Positions 39,380 to 51,812 of a DNA stretch of 64,000 nt are shown here, piece after piece. Where the stretch lies: NCBI GenBank assembly GCA_002633005.1, contig NMRA01000486.1, forward strand, positions 121,251 through 185,250, read 5' to 3'. The translations under genes and the position numbers were made by a program. Each line of letters opens with the position of its first letter. Position 1 is the first letter of the stretch. The notes beneath the pieces were generated by a model. That model searched no databases, was not told the origin of the DNA, and worked only from the letters and a program-made list of their open reading frames with translations. The DNA is from Phoronis australis. Lineage: Eukaryota > Animalia > Phoronida.

Positions 39380-41423
39380 AGCTCGACCAAAAAAGTCTTC
39401 TTTGTAGTCCGTTTCTTCATAAACCCTACGCGTAGGTGCATGCGAGTCTGGAAATCCAAATATGAATGTTTCACTTGGGAGCTGAGAGTTTTTGACAGAA
39501 CATTGTGGACAGACAATGCACAGTTGCTTCAATAACCACCAGACTGGTTTATACTCTTCTTATGCAGTGCTTATCTGGTTACCGCAACCAACGTGTTGGA
39601 TTGAGGTGCTGTGTAGAGAAAGTAAATACACCGTAAGAGCTAGTTAAGAGACAGAAGTAGAGACAGAGCGAGACGAGAGAGTGTTAACATTGTAATTTAG
39701 TGGTGCACCTACCATAAACCTGACCGTGAAATGATTTTTTTTATTTCAGTGTATTATAGGTTAAATTTATGAACTAGTGTGACGCACGTTTAACATTGAA
39801 TTCATTTGAATTGGATCATTGCTTGTACGCTTAACTTGTAGCATGTAGCAACGATCATCTTGTGTCAATAAAAATGTTTTAATTAACTGATTTTAAAAGT
39901 CATAATGTCTTTTAAATTATTACGTAAAATGCTATGAACTTTCAGCTGGCGGTTTGTTTAGTCAAAAGTGCCAGACTATTTCAGTCTCACTTCAGCGTGT
40001 CAGTATCAGGCAAGTCTCTGAGAATATATCCACATCTCCAGCTTATTAAATAATTTGTTTGAATTATTGATGGACAGTGATGTGCTAACAATTGGTTGAA
40101 CAAATTTTATTTAGTAACAAACCGGAAAGGTGAGACAATTTCAGACCGAAGTCTTAACATCAGTGTGCAGGAAACATCAGCCACAAACTTCCCAATTATC
40201 AGTTAGAGTGGACACAGCTTCACACAACATGACCAGTAATTAGAAGTTTAGATTCTGTGACAAGTACTTCTTGATTATGAGGTAAACATGTAAAGTACAG
40301 TAGATTTTAAAAAGCTGACAAATTCCATTAAAATTAGTCGGTTTCGTCAAAGTTATAGCAAAAACAACCCAACAACAAGGAATGAGGAATAAAATGAGGA
40401 CTGCAATACTAGGAGTTATTTGAAATTAACCCGAAATTTTTGCGTTGAAATTTTGCCAATTTGCAACTAGAAGAAATGGCATCCAGTGTTTATGGACAAG
40501 TGCTAAAGAAACTTTTTTATAACGGATTTTTAGTGATTTAATTTCTAAACATTATTTGCTTCAATTTCCATTTTTAACCTACACACACACAGATACAAAG
40601 TCGGCACTTCATACCATCACTACAGGGTGTAGCTTCTTACCCATCCAGTGTTATGAAGATGTTAGATTTTAAGAGACAAGCCTCCCCCCTGAGTTGTCAT
40701 ACTATTTCCAGCACTTTCAAATCGACACTTCTTCCCTTATTTCACACAAAAATGATTACCAAAATGGTTGTTTTTCCATTTTTGAAAAGGCTGGTTACCT
40801 TTTGCAAATAATAAGAATTTCATCAAACATCCTTTTGAGACATTACACACTACAAGCCATGTTTGTAATGGTCTTAATCTTTTCTTTGTGGAGAAATTTA
40901 ATAACATTGAATTTCACGTGTCAACCATATTGTGTGCTAACTGAGTGGAGAAATACCATTTCCTTGTTTGTTACTTTCAATAAGCTGCAATCAACAAGGA
41001 CCAATGTTTTTATGTTACCATATGGGCATAATTACCAGTTGAGAATTCTGCCTGTTTAACCAACAGTTTACAGTTTGTTATCTCACTCCTATGTGCGAAA
41101 TACAACAGGAACTCCAGTCAAGTTAGTACCAACTAGCAGTCACAACTGCAGAGTTATGCAAGAGCTGATAATAAGCCAGACAAATGCAGAATGAGTGATA
41201 AGTGTCCAGCCATTAAAGACTAGAATAGTGGACATAAATAGGACTGGCCAGGCATAAAGCTTTTTCATTATTCACCCCCAATTCTGCTCACTGAGTCACC
41301 TCACATAACATTAGCTATCCACAACCAAACATTAGGTCAGCTAAGCCTACTTCAGTTACCTGAAACACTCAGGTAACATTACCTGGCCAGTATGTCAGTC
41401 AAGAACAGAAAACCTGGTCTTAC

Positions 41424-41530
41424 CTCACAGCTATCCTCTCCCTGAATGGCTGTGGTCAGATATTATGTCCAGTCGTCTAGCCACAGTTGGCCAATATTAT
41501 TGGAGTTGCTGGTTGTTGCGTAATGGGCCT
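41424..41530 (-). promoter_or_regulatory. Candidate non-coding upstream exon/promoter of bZIP gene B
   Basis: GAG|GTAAGA donor at 41424/41423 and ATTACGCAAC (PAR/C-EBP-type site) at 41515-41524. A strong acceptor tttactttctctacacag at 39609 implies that an upstream exon exists. Confidence 0.33.
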
Positions 41531-44070
41531 GACTGGCTTAGATAAAATTCATATTGATGATCTGGCGGTTGGAACTCCTGGCGCAATTGTTATTGAAATG
41601 AGGACTTGGTGGTTCTGACAAGTTCATGAATGTTTAATTTATGGTGAGAATTTCACGAAATACTTTTTGTTAAATTGATTTCTCACATCAGATATCGTTG
41701 GGAAGTGTACTAGAGGAATATGTAGATTGCTTACTCAGCAAACATTTCTTGAGAGTAATCTTAATGGTAGGTTTTATGCCTCGATTTCTGAAGAAGCCAA
41801 AAAATAACAAATTTTTGTTCATTTGGATTTTTTGAACGTGTGAATTATTTAACTTCACAAGTTACTAAATATCTCAACATTTTTAATCAGAACAACTTTT
41901 TTGAATTGATTATCAGGTATTGCATACATATTTAATAACATTAATTATGTTGTCAAAACACAAAAATTACTTAAACAACTGTTATGTTAAGTACTAAGAT
42001 TATTTAGGACATTATTGGCAATTCTTTTGTATTTAACCAAATATTTACAAAGCTATAGATGTTGACTCGGTCAAAAGTAAATATTTCTGAAACTAAAAAG
42101 CTTTGAGAATTTATGTATTTACTCTATACTGATTTGTCATTGAGTCTCATAACCATGCGTTTTTGATGAAATTTCATGAAATTTAGGAAAAAGAAAGGTA
42201 AATTGATAGTAAAACTACAATATCAATAACTTAATCAAATTTTATTGTACGTAAATGTTCAAAATAATATCTCAAACATGCTGTTACAGTTTCCTAATAT
42301 GTTTTTGTTTTTGTTTCGTGCAACATAGGGTTTTTTCATGAAAATCGCTAAGCTCCAATATTTAATAGTTTCTCATTCAAAAGTGGTTTTTTAAACAATT
42401 CTTTACATCATTTTGGAGAGCAATGGATATAGCGTATTATGTCGAAGTTTCATATGAATTCGATCGTCCATTTCTGAGATTCAATGTTCCGAAGTCAGCT
42501 TAAGTTGGACATTTACCTATGGTCCTAGAGTTCATACTGTACCCCAAGAACTGGCAGACAAGCCTGAACATTGAGTGCTGACCTAGATGTTGCATCACTC
42601 TAACTTGAATACAACTATTCATTAAATCTATAGTGTCTTATTCAACATTTGGTCACCAGCCTTGATTCTTAACAAGTCCTGCTACACAGCATGATGGTTG
42701 AATACATGTTACGTAATAACTCTGGTCTTTGCAAATCCTTGCTGACAGTGGTATTATTACCAAGTCATGAGCAAGTTTAGGAACAACAAAAGATTGACTC
42801 TACCTAATACTTACAGGGTATGAATGTACACAATGTTATCGTTTAATTTAATATTACATAGGCTGCTTCAAAATTGATGCTACAACTAATGTAAACCTCA
42901 GTTTTATGAGTTTAAGTTTTTAAGTGTAGAGACTAAATAGTTATATATAAATGACAAACTAGAAGACTCTACATAATACATTATACATGTCATTGAACCT
43001 TTAAAATGAAGTTTGAGATACTGGTACATGTGGTAGGGTAAAAACAGAGGGACGCTAATTTTCAGGGTGTGTGTGTGGAAGATATTAAAAGGTTGTGTAA
43101 AGGTTGTGTTGTTAGGACCTACAGAGAAGGCTAGTGCAGTTGAAGTGGATTTAGTTAAGGCCTATTATGAGCCCAGACAGAATGTTACATAATATGACGC
43201 AATACTCTGTAGCTCATCTCACTCTGGTCTGAACATGCTGGTGAATTTATTGGATAGAAATGCAACTAAAATTTGCACAAGACCATGTAACTGTCTAATT
43301 GGTCTGTTCAACTGGGAGCTTTTTCAAGATGTTCCATTGAAATTGGAAATCGGACAGGAAACCTCCCCCAGACAATTTTTTCAATTTTTCTGAGATGATG
43401 TCAGAACCTTCAAAGTTTGAGTATCTTCAAATGCTTTCCTGTTGTTGTTTTCTGTATTTGTTTGTTAGAAATTTGTAATTAAATTGTAAATTAGATTATA
43501 TTGACTATTTGATTTTTATCGTTAAAACTTTTGCAATTTGTCTGTAGGCAAATTTCAACATATTCTCTACTCTCAACATGTTGTTATCTCGGTTAATATT
43601 TAGTTAATTTCAAATTATTCAATACTTTCTCTATTAAAAAACATTTCCAAAAATGAAATACGAAAAATATTATTTCGACTTCTGAGTGCCATTGTTGATT
43701 ATTTCTTTTAAATATCTATTACAATAGGCCGCGTTTTAGGGTTCATAGACTTACTTGTTGAGAGCACATTATTTCTGACACTCTTTATTACCGGATTTTA
43801 AAATGGACGACAATAATTATTCAGTCAAAATACTGCACCGTCACCAATTTCATTGTTCTTGTCCTCAAAAAGAGTACTTTCCTTTTCGATCATTAAAACG
43901 GAATTGAATTTGGAATCGAAATTTCTGAATTCGATACATTCACACTCTTTTTTGGTAGATCATTCCTTTGGATTCTGTGACCGTTGTGTGACTTTGCTGC
44001 CTCCGCCTTCGGTTATTGACTGTGACTATTATGAACATGTTTGACAGGAATTGCAGATGTGGTGTTTTGG

Positions 44071-44217
44071 TCCCTGGGTGTCCTATCCAATCCCTGGGTG
44101 TCCTATCCAATCCCTGGGTGTCCTATCCAATCCCTGGGTGTCCTATCCAATCCCTGGGTGTCCTATCCAATCCCTGGGTGTCCTATCCAATCCCTGGGTG
44201 TCCTATCCAATCCCTGG
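44071..44217. repeat. Perfect 20-bp minisatellite x7.3
   Basis: tccctgggtgtcctatccaa, identical copies. Confidence 0.98.
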
Positions 44218-47200
44218 TTTCAGTTACAATGAATTTGACCGCACGCCCATCTAATTATCCAAATGATGTTCTTTCAATACATAATCAAATGTTTTCAAAA
44301 TAAGCAGAATTTAATGTGTAATTTTGAAAATAATTTCTAATTTCTAATTATACACCAAGAACACAGTGCCCTCTGTTGAAAGCTGTTGTAAGTTAACATT
44401 TTATGAAATGCAAGTAAAAGTGCAAATACTCTGAGGGCTTTAATTGACCAAATGTTCTTATTTAAGTGACGTCTTTCTTGATAAGCTCTGTGTTCTATGT
44501 TGTCTAAAACAGAGGAAAAGGTGCCCTTAACACTTTAAATGAATAAAAAAATGTCTTCCTGCAAAATGGAATGATAGCTTATGAAAAGTCTTCCTGCAAA
44601 ATGGAATGATAGCTTATGAAAAGTCTTTGTTTTTTTATTACCACTGTTAATTAGTTTGGTTTTCTAGCCAAGTAATCCTTTCATGCTAACAACGTGACTG
44701 AACATTATCAGGAAATAACTAATTTCTACAAGTGTTATTGCAAAAATCTCCAGCAATCAATGCTTCAGTTGACATGTGAGTTCTAATTGTAACGTGGACC
44801 CTGCAAGCTTCCCAGTTAATGTCCAGAAAGTAAAGTAACACTGTTATAGTTCGAGGAGAGCTCATGTACTTGACTCATCAATTATTGAATGAATTAATCA
44901 GCTATATTGAAGTCCAGCAGCTTTAGTTGTCATTTAAAAAGTAAAATATTTATGTTTAAATTTAAACGCTTTAGGAACCATTTCTGATGTTCAAATCACC
45001 AACATTCCTCATTAATTTGCTTTTCCATAGCGATGTCACCGCACACTCATCATTTGAATTGAAGTTCTTTGTAATCAATTGTTTGCAATCAATTGTCTAA
45101 CACTAATTGAAAACAACTGATTGTAAACGGTTAATTGTAAATAATTGCTTACAGTCTTTTGCCTAGAATTCCCATGGTGGCTGTAGGGATGTTAATGACT
45201 GAAACAAACTGGCAATGAGAAGCACTTGGATGTGTTGGTCAGATGTACTGATCACATATCAGTCCTCAGTCTAGAAATCATTTCTATTCTCAGTAAGGCA
45301 GGCCGTTTAAAGTGGCCTCAATCAAAAGTTGCTTTTTGACAGAGGGTGTTGATTTATTGCCAGTTTAAGAGACTAAGTCATGGGTTGAGCGTTTTTTCAA
45401 ATAAGAGTGCCTAGTTTTTAAATATTTGTTCATTTAGTTTAAAATCTCGTCACTGGTGTCTGAAAATGTGAGGATACAAGAGCTGTCACGTAATACAACG
45501 AGGTGCTTTTTAATCTCCAGTGTTAGAGAATGTTACTATCAAGTATTTTTGTTTAGAATGTGAGGAAAACAATTCCATTTCAGACAGTGATTCTGAAAAT
45601 CTTTTCCTGTAACTTGCAGACCTTTTTTCAATCCATGGCTGAGCCTATTCCATTCCTAGCAGGTACACCTTCTGGTGATAGTGATAAGGTTATTAGCTCT
45701 TGACCTAAATCCACTCCCTATGAATGGAGGTCAGACCCATTACCTAAGATTTTACATTGATGGCTGATGTTAAAATGGCCTTGCACAACACTGCATAACC
45801 TGGACTTCCTGTCCCATTCCTCCAACTCTTGAACACCTGTCATCAGTAACCATGGCAACATAACTAATCCATGTTACTATTTGTTAATCAATAATAATAA
45901 ATCCATGTAGCTGTAAAACTGTGTGTCTGATTGGTCAACCTGTTGCTGTCTGAAGCTGACACAATCAAGATTCTTTTTTAGCTGAATGACTCCAGTTTTA
46001 ACTTGTCTCCATCGAGTTCTGTTGATCCCTTGTTCATTTAGCCTCCAGTTGTTCATTTATACACTTAATAATATTTTGACATCAGTCCCTACTGGTGACA
46101 AATTTGCTGAACTCACAACAATGTTCGCGCACAATAATTTTAAATGATATTCACTCGAGCTCTCTGTATCATTGATGGTCGTTTGTTTGCAGCCCAGCAA
46201 TAAGCAGGCAGCCAAGAAACATAACAAAGGATTAAAATAACAGCTGTATTTTGAGACTGCTGTTGTCTCATCTCCGAGCAAAAAAATGGGACATGATTGC
46301 ATGGACATGTGACGTCAAATATTCTGGTTCTCAAAAACTGAGACTGCATGAACATGTGATGTCACATATATTCTAGTTCTCAAAAACTGAGACTCCTGTA
46401 CGTGACTATTGCAAAACTTTCAAAGCTTCGAGAAGTTGAGGATGAGTCAGCTTGACCTGCTCATTATCACAGAAAATAACCTGTGCTACGGCTCATTGAG
46501 TACGCCCTCTAGTGGTCATACTGACTTGAAAGTGAACTCCATTCTTGCTCAGGCTTTTTGGCGCTCTGTGAATACGTTACTGCAGGCTACATGTTTGCTT
46601 GTGTTGTAAATTGACAGTTGTTAACAAGTTCTCTGTCTTGATACAGCTTTGTCCTGTACAGTTAAGGTGAAATATCAACAATTTCGGACAAACTTAATTC
46701 GCTAAAATTGCCATTTTTAGATTTTTCAAGGTGCTGTAACATATTTGTGAATACCTTCAATGTCTCAAAACATTGTTAAATGGCATCTACAGTTTACAAC
46801 TTGAACAAGGAAAACCATTAATTTGGTGCTACATATCTTTCATGAGGAAACAAATTTCGCCTTGTGTCCTAAATTGGTGAGATTTTATTGTATAATGTTA
46901 AGATGGTGGACATCTGCATTTCCTTTGTCTCCTGCTCTTAAATGGGGTGATGAAGTGACAGCAGCTGCCAACTGGGCTGCAGGTATATTATCAAGCCTCA
47001 GCCACACTGTATTGACTGTCATATTCTGGTGGCAGTTATGTAACTTATTTCATTATGCTCTAACAAACAACTCTTCAATGACCTTGGACAAAGGAAAGGT
47101 CATACGTTCTGAGGTTGGCATCATCAAAGTAGGTTTCCACTAGGAGACTCTTGTCCAGTCAACTTTGACAGTAGTCTCTAGTGATCTATGGGCCTGTGGG

Positions 47201-47573
47201 CAGTACCTCAACCCCACGCTGGTTCATTCATACTTTGAATTGGTTTAGTCAAATTATAATATTAACAATTAGTTTAGTGCATTTATGCAAGGAGACTGCG
47301 GTGGGTGTGATCATTCCCCATAATGCCATGTCACGCCTTCAAAAACCTCCGCTAGGTATCTGCCTACTCACTGGCTATGTCGGAGTGAAAAGTCTGCATT
47401 AATAAATGAATTCATTCCCAATTGGGGTCTTTACATATTGGAACTCTCTAGAGTAATAAGAGCACAAAAGTGACTTCCCGTTCATCTACACTCAGATTTG
47501 ATGGAGGGAAATTCAAAAATTCAAGTACTAGTACTGCATTCTGGTTCGGTTGTTTAAAAGCAGAGGAATACAT

Positions 47574-47979
47574 GGCACTGTCAGTCCCTCCCAACTTTTT
47601 GACACCGTCTGGGATACAAATTCTCTCACTTTATCAGCCGCAGCCACTGGCTTCATCATGGATATTTCTAAAGGTTTGCCTTTTGTGTACATCCTTACGT
47701 AGACCAGTGGAAATTTGCCAGCATTTTAATGTCAGGAAAGGTGTTAAAATGGATTTTATACCAGAAGGGCCCTCTTGGAAAGCAGTGCTATCACTGAAGA
47801 GGCCACCCTCATTTTAAATATCACAATAATGAATAAATAAATAAAGGTTGAAACCTCCTGTCTGCATCACATGAAATCTTAAGGTGGTGATGATGAATAC
47901 CCGTCCACCAAAGACCTGATTGCCGTCTGGCGGGTTAGTGAATTTCGATATGGCACGGCTGTTTCGAAAGTCTGCTATT
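47574..47979 (-). mobile_element. Inverted copy of the THAP transposon 5' region
   Basis: Reverse complement contains aatagcagactttcgaaa, gaaattcactaacccgccagacggc.atcaggt.tttggtggac, ggaggtttcaacct and agccagtggctgcggc.gataaa, all shared with 33057-33410. Confidence 0.72.
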
Positions 47980-48899
47980 GCCCATGTACCGTAGTAGACA
48001 ACGTAGCATTTCATTAAATGTACTCAGAAGACCTACACATGACAACAGTGGTCAAAAACAAACATAAACGCCATTTGGATGAATGCTCACCAATTTAGAT
48101 CACAACATGACAAAGACATAGTGAATGCTTTGTATTCATAACGAAGAATGTTATAAGATATGTGTCAGAAACAAAAACTTTGGTTACTTGACATTTACTT
48201 GGTGGAGAAAAATAAGGAGAGAGTTTTCAAGTCAATATCTGAAGTTATAACAGAAGCTACCTGTTTTGCTTGCTTGAGGGCGTTTATGGGATAATTTCAA
48301 CAACTTGTTTTGTGGTATAAAGCAGAAATATTGCAATAATTCTTATTTGAAGAAGACTGCTGAGCAGGGGAATATATCAATGGAAAGTGAAACTCTATCA
48401 TTACGTTTGACAGTGGTTTCCTTTTTTGGAAAAATGAAATTTGAAATGGTGCCAACAGTAGAAAGTTGTGTCCATAAAGTGAGAGAAACCGTGAAACAGT
48501 CACATTGACAAATGTTGTAACTATACCTATAGTTTGGCTATAAACCCGCTTTTCAATTCCAAAAAAAAAGATTTAGACAGCTTACCATTATGAGATTGGT
48601 CTCAGTAGTAGTCAGATACATGGGTCACCCATTTGAGAAGCACTTACTCCCACTGACTAACCCTGTCATTCAGTGGTAGTAACTGGTTCTCAAATCAATT
48701 TTAAGTCAGGGACCCACCTAGCCGACTATCACCATTGGTCTCAGATCGTTCCTTAGTTAAAACGGAGGAGATTCCAGAACTTCGAAAAAACTATCACTAT
48801 TCTTAAATGCGTGGACTAGGTTCGACAAGTTGGCTTGAAATGACGTGTTATTTTATGCCCCAACTTTAAGGCATAGAAAACTGTCACTTCCTTGCAAAC

Positions 48900-49150
48900 C
48901 CAGAGATCTCATCTGAGCAAGGTTCAACAGGGCGGCCCCTTATTACACGGTGGTAGAACTCTCCTTTGTCCCGAGGATGAAAAAGTGCATGACCTCGTTT
49001 TGGAAATTAGGCACATTCTTGTGTTTATCATTTCTGTCAGGAAGGCAAAGAATTTCATATCTAGCATCCACGGGTATTTGTCCAGTTTATCAAACTTTCT
49101 CACTTTGGAGTTTCAGCCCACAGCATAGCAATAATACTTCGTTGTTAATG
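48900..49150 (-). pseudogene. THAP-domain transposase relic (distinct subfamily)
   Basis: Reading through one TGA gives TKYYCYAVG*NSKVRKFDKLDKYPWMLDMKFFAFLT, which aligns with VNFYCCTVGCTDGLPKKANLVKYPW..IVFQKFPT of the copy at 62483. Confidence 0.55.
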
Positions 49151-50479
49151 GACAAACGAATAGAGCAATGCAACCGAGAAAAACTTGTAAAGACAACAAC
49201 GAATAACCTGTGAACCTCCGAAAACGAGGTAGCAAGTGTGCCTGGTAGATGTTTACGGCATTGTGGGTAAATACAGCAAGATTCGAGTGTTGCTGTGTAA
49301 TGCGGGACAACTCTATTAGAGACCAATGTGATGGCGTCAGGTGGTCTAGATCAAAAGTTTGTTTCTTGGTCATTGCCCCGTTAAGCTGAAAAGCCTTTAC
49401 TGAATGTTATTTAGGTTATATGAAGGAATTCATTTCCGGTACTATAGGAAGAACCTTATCCCATCTGCCTGGCAGTCCCTGCTCTATTTGACCCCTGAAT
49501 TCTGACATGTTGGGGGTCACATCACAAAGGTCAGTCTATGCTCTCTCACAGATCCTGCTAGATATTCCTACACACTACCCCACCTGAGTACAAGTGCACA
49601 AGTCTCACCTGATTACAACTTGTTGAAGATGACTCAGAGCTGTAATGCTCACTTCAAATCAAGCAGCACTTCTTGCCTTATGTTGTCAATGTGCACTGGC
49701 TTGTCTGGCTGTACTGGGAAGGACCCCACTGGCCAATCAATAGAGAGTGGTACTGTTTAAACAGTCTGCACATAAAGTTACGTAATCAAGCCAACTTTAT
49801 CAAGTATAATAATTAGGTCAAGGGGTTCACATGTTGCCCTGCCAGCCACATGTGCCAATGAACATCACATATGTGCCTGGAATCTAAGCCAGATCTGTTG
49901 AATTTTCTTTTGGATTCTGTCTATCACAGATTTCATGTTGCAGTCCTGTTATTGCTGAACAGTTTGTGTATTGCTGTGTCATTGAAGACTCACACTATCA
50001 ACTCAGGCACCCCCTCATAGAGAGCCTCACTGGCGAACAATGGTGTCTCCAATACAAGTTGTCTACAACTGATATTTAAGAAGTTTGTTGTATTGAGCAA
50101 TGGAAGGGCACTAGGCAATTTTACCTTAAGTGCTAAACAACTGGCTGCTTCAGTGCTAACCTACATAAGGCTATTGTGCAGAGGCCAGTTAAAAAAGTCC
50201 TCATCAGGACAGATATATTTGATATAACTTTTTGCTAGGAAACCATTCATGGCTAAAACACTATGAATGCCTTCTGGATCCTTCTGCAAAAGCCAGTAAG
50301 AAACTTCTTAATAGGATGATGGTTGTTCTTATTACATATTGGCCGTGTACTATTCTTGCCTTTCGCCTCCAAATAATATTTCATTTGAATTTACTTCTGT
50401 ATAATTCCAAAAGTTTTTCCGGATTCTGAACAGGCAAACGTGGAGCGTGTTACATAATGAGCAATTTTTCGTGGGGAAC

Positions 50480-51265
50480 GGACAAGTAATCTTGGGAACT
50501 TTTGGGCTCTATGAACAATGAACAAGTAAGGTTGGAAATTTTTGTCCACTATGAACAATGAACATGAACAAGTAAGCTCGAAAACTTTTGGTCCTTGAAC
50601 AATGACCAAATAAGCTTGGAACTTTTGGCAACTGTAATGAAAAGAATATCTTGTGTTGACTCCCTCACCAGTCGAGATTGGGCAACTCAACTGGTTTGCT
50701 TGCCTCAAACTTTACCACAGTCTTCAAAGAAACCATGCAGTTGCAGTGAGGCAATTACACTGCCCAAGGCTGTTGATGTTATCATTCTCTTGATAATCAG
50801 ACCCATCGTAAACGTACTGGGGCGACCATAGTATTTTTGAATTTTCATTTTAAAAGTTTAAATAACATATTTGAAAAGTTCAGGAAAACCACCCGCGAGT
50901 AGGTTTTTGAATTTTGAAAATCGTACAAGAAATGTGACTTTTACAATCTGAAAACTTTGTATAATCTTCGATATTATGCTCCTCGTTAGTTCAGCTGTTT
51001 GTGCAACATGCACCATAATTAGGACAATTACAAAACCACCAGGTTGCAGCTGGATTTTGAGGTAAGCCAAGTGTCATACAGTTTTTGGCACTATGAACAA
51101 TGAACAAGTAAACTTGGGAACTTTTTGCCACTGAAAAATGAACAATTAAGCTTGGCAACTGTGGTTTCTATAAGCAATGAACAATTGCCTGGGAAATTTT
51201 GGCCACTATGAACACTGAAAAGTGAGCTTGTGGTCTTTACCGCCTCTGAACAATGAGCAATGAAT
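50480..51265. repeat. Two blocks of a degenerate ~38-bp repeat (50480-50635 and 51085-51265)
   Basis: actatgaacaatgaacaagtaa.cttgggaacttttt motif repeated in both blocks, separated by about 450 bp of unrelated sequence. Confidence 0.7.
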
Positions 51266-51372
51266 TATTTTGTATGGACCCTTTATTGGAAGTGGAACAA
51301 ACCCTCATAGTAAGGCAAAGGGCATGTGAAAGTCTTGACTGTTCATTACTGACTGGCTTCTTTGGTGTGATT

Positions 51373-51812
51373 AAAGGCCCATTCACTAACTTAACTCCAG
51401 TATGAGGGGAGCCTTGATGTAAACTGCAAAGTTAATTGAATGGTTTATGCCAGCTTCAGTAGTTAACAGCATCGAAGTAAACAGTAGGTGATGCTGTTGT
51501 CATCGCAAGGTAGTGTTGATGTATCCCAAGCGCGCAAAGATTTGTTTAATGTGCTAACTGACATTAAACTTATTTCTTCTTCGATTGGTGATTATTCAAG
51601 CAAAATATAACCAGCTATTAACCACGACACTGCCCTTTAATTTTTGACGATAACAGTTGGCCCTGGTGATAACTTCAATGAGACTGGAGTTGACCGTTCA
51701 CACTGCATGGCAGTCGGTGTCGATACTCCGCTGTTAAATTCACCTATTTACTGTGAATTTAACTGACGCTGTTAACCATTCATACTGACTGCAACTACCC
51801 AAAACATCGACG
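51373..51812. mobile_element. Second, 3'-truncated copy of the 37365-37869 MITE family
   Basis: Colinear similarity (ttcgattggtgattatt..agcaaaat, cgacact.ccct, ttgacgataacagt, ttcatactgactgcaact.ccc.aaacat). A more distant inverted relative lies at about 1600-1975. Confidence 0.72.

Larger units (their letters stand above)
39206..50458. promoter_or_regulatory. Cluster of PAR-bZIP/E4BP4 D-box consensus sites (RTTAYGTAAY)
   Basis: Perfect 10-mers at 39206 ATTATGTAAT, 42708 GTTACGTAAT, 43184 GTTACATAAT, 47035 GTTATGTAAC, 49777 GTTACGTAAT and 50449 GTTACATAAT. Confidence 0.6.

Noticed and set aside
44071-44217. CRISPR-like array (also 12018-12313, 14101-14381, 53832-54094, 60939-61120)
   Set aside because: Head-to-tail repeats without unique spacers in an intron-containing animal genome with no cas genes. 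The repetitive ORFs over them are by-products.
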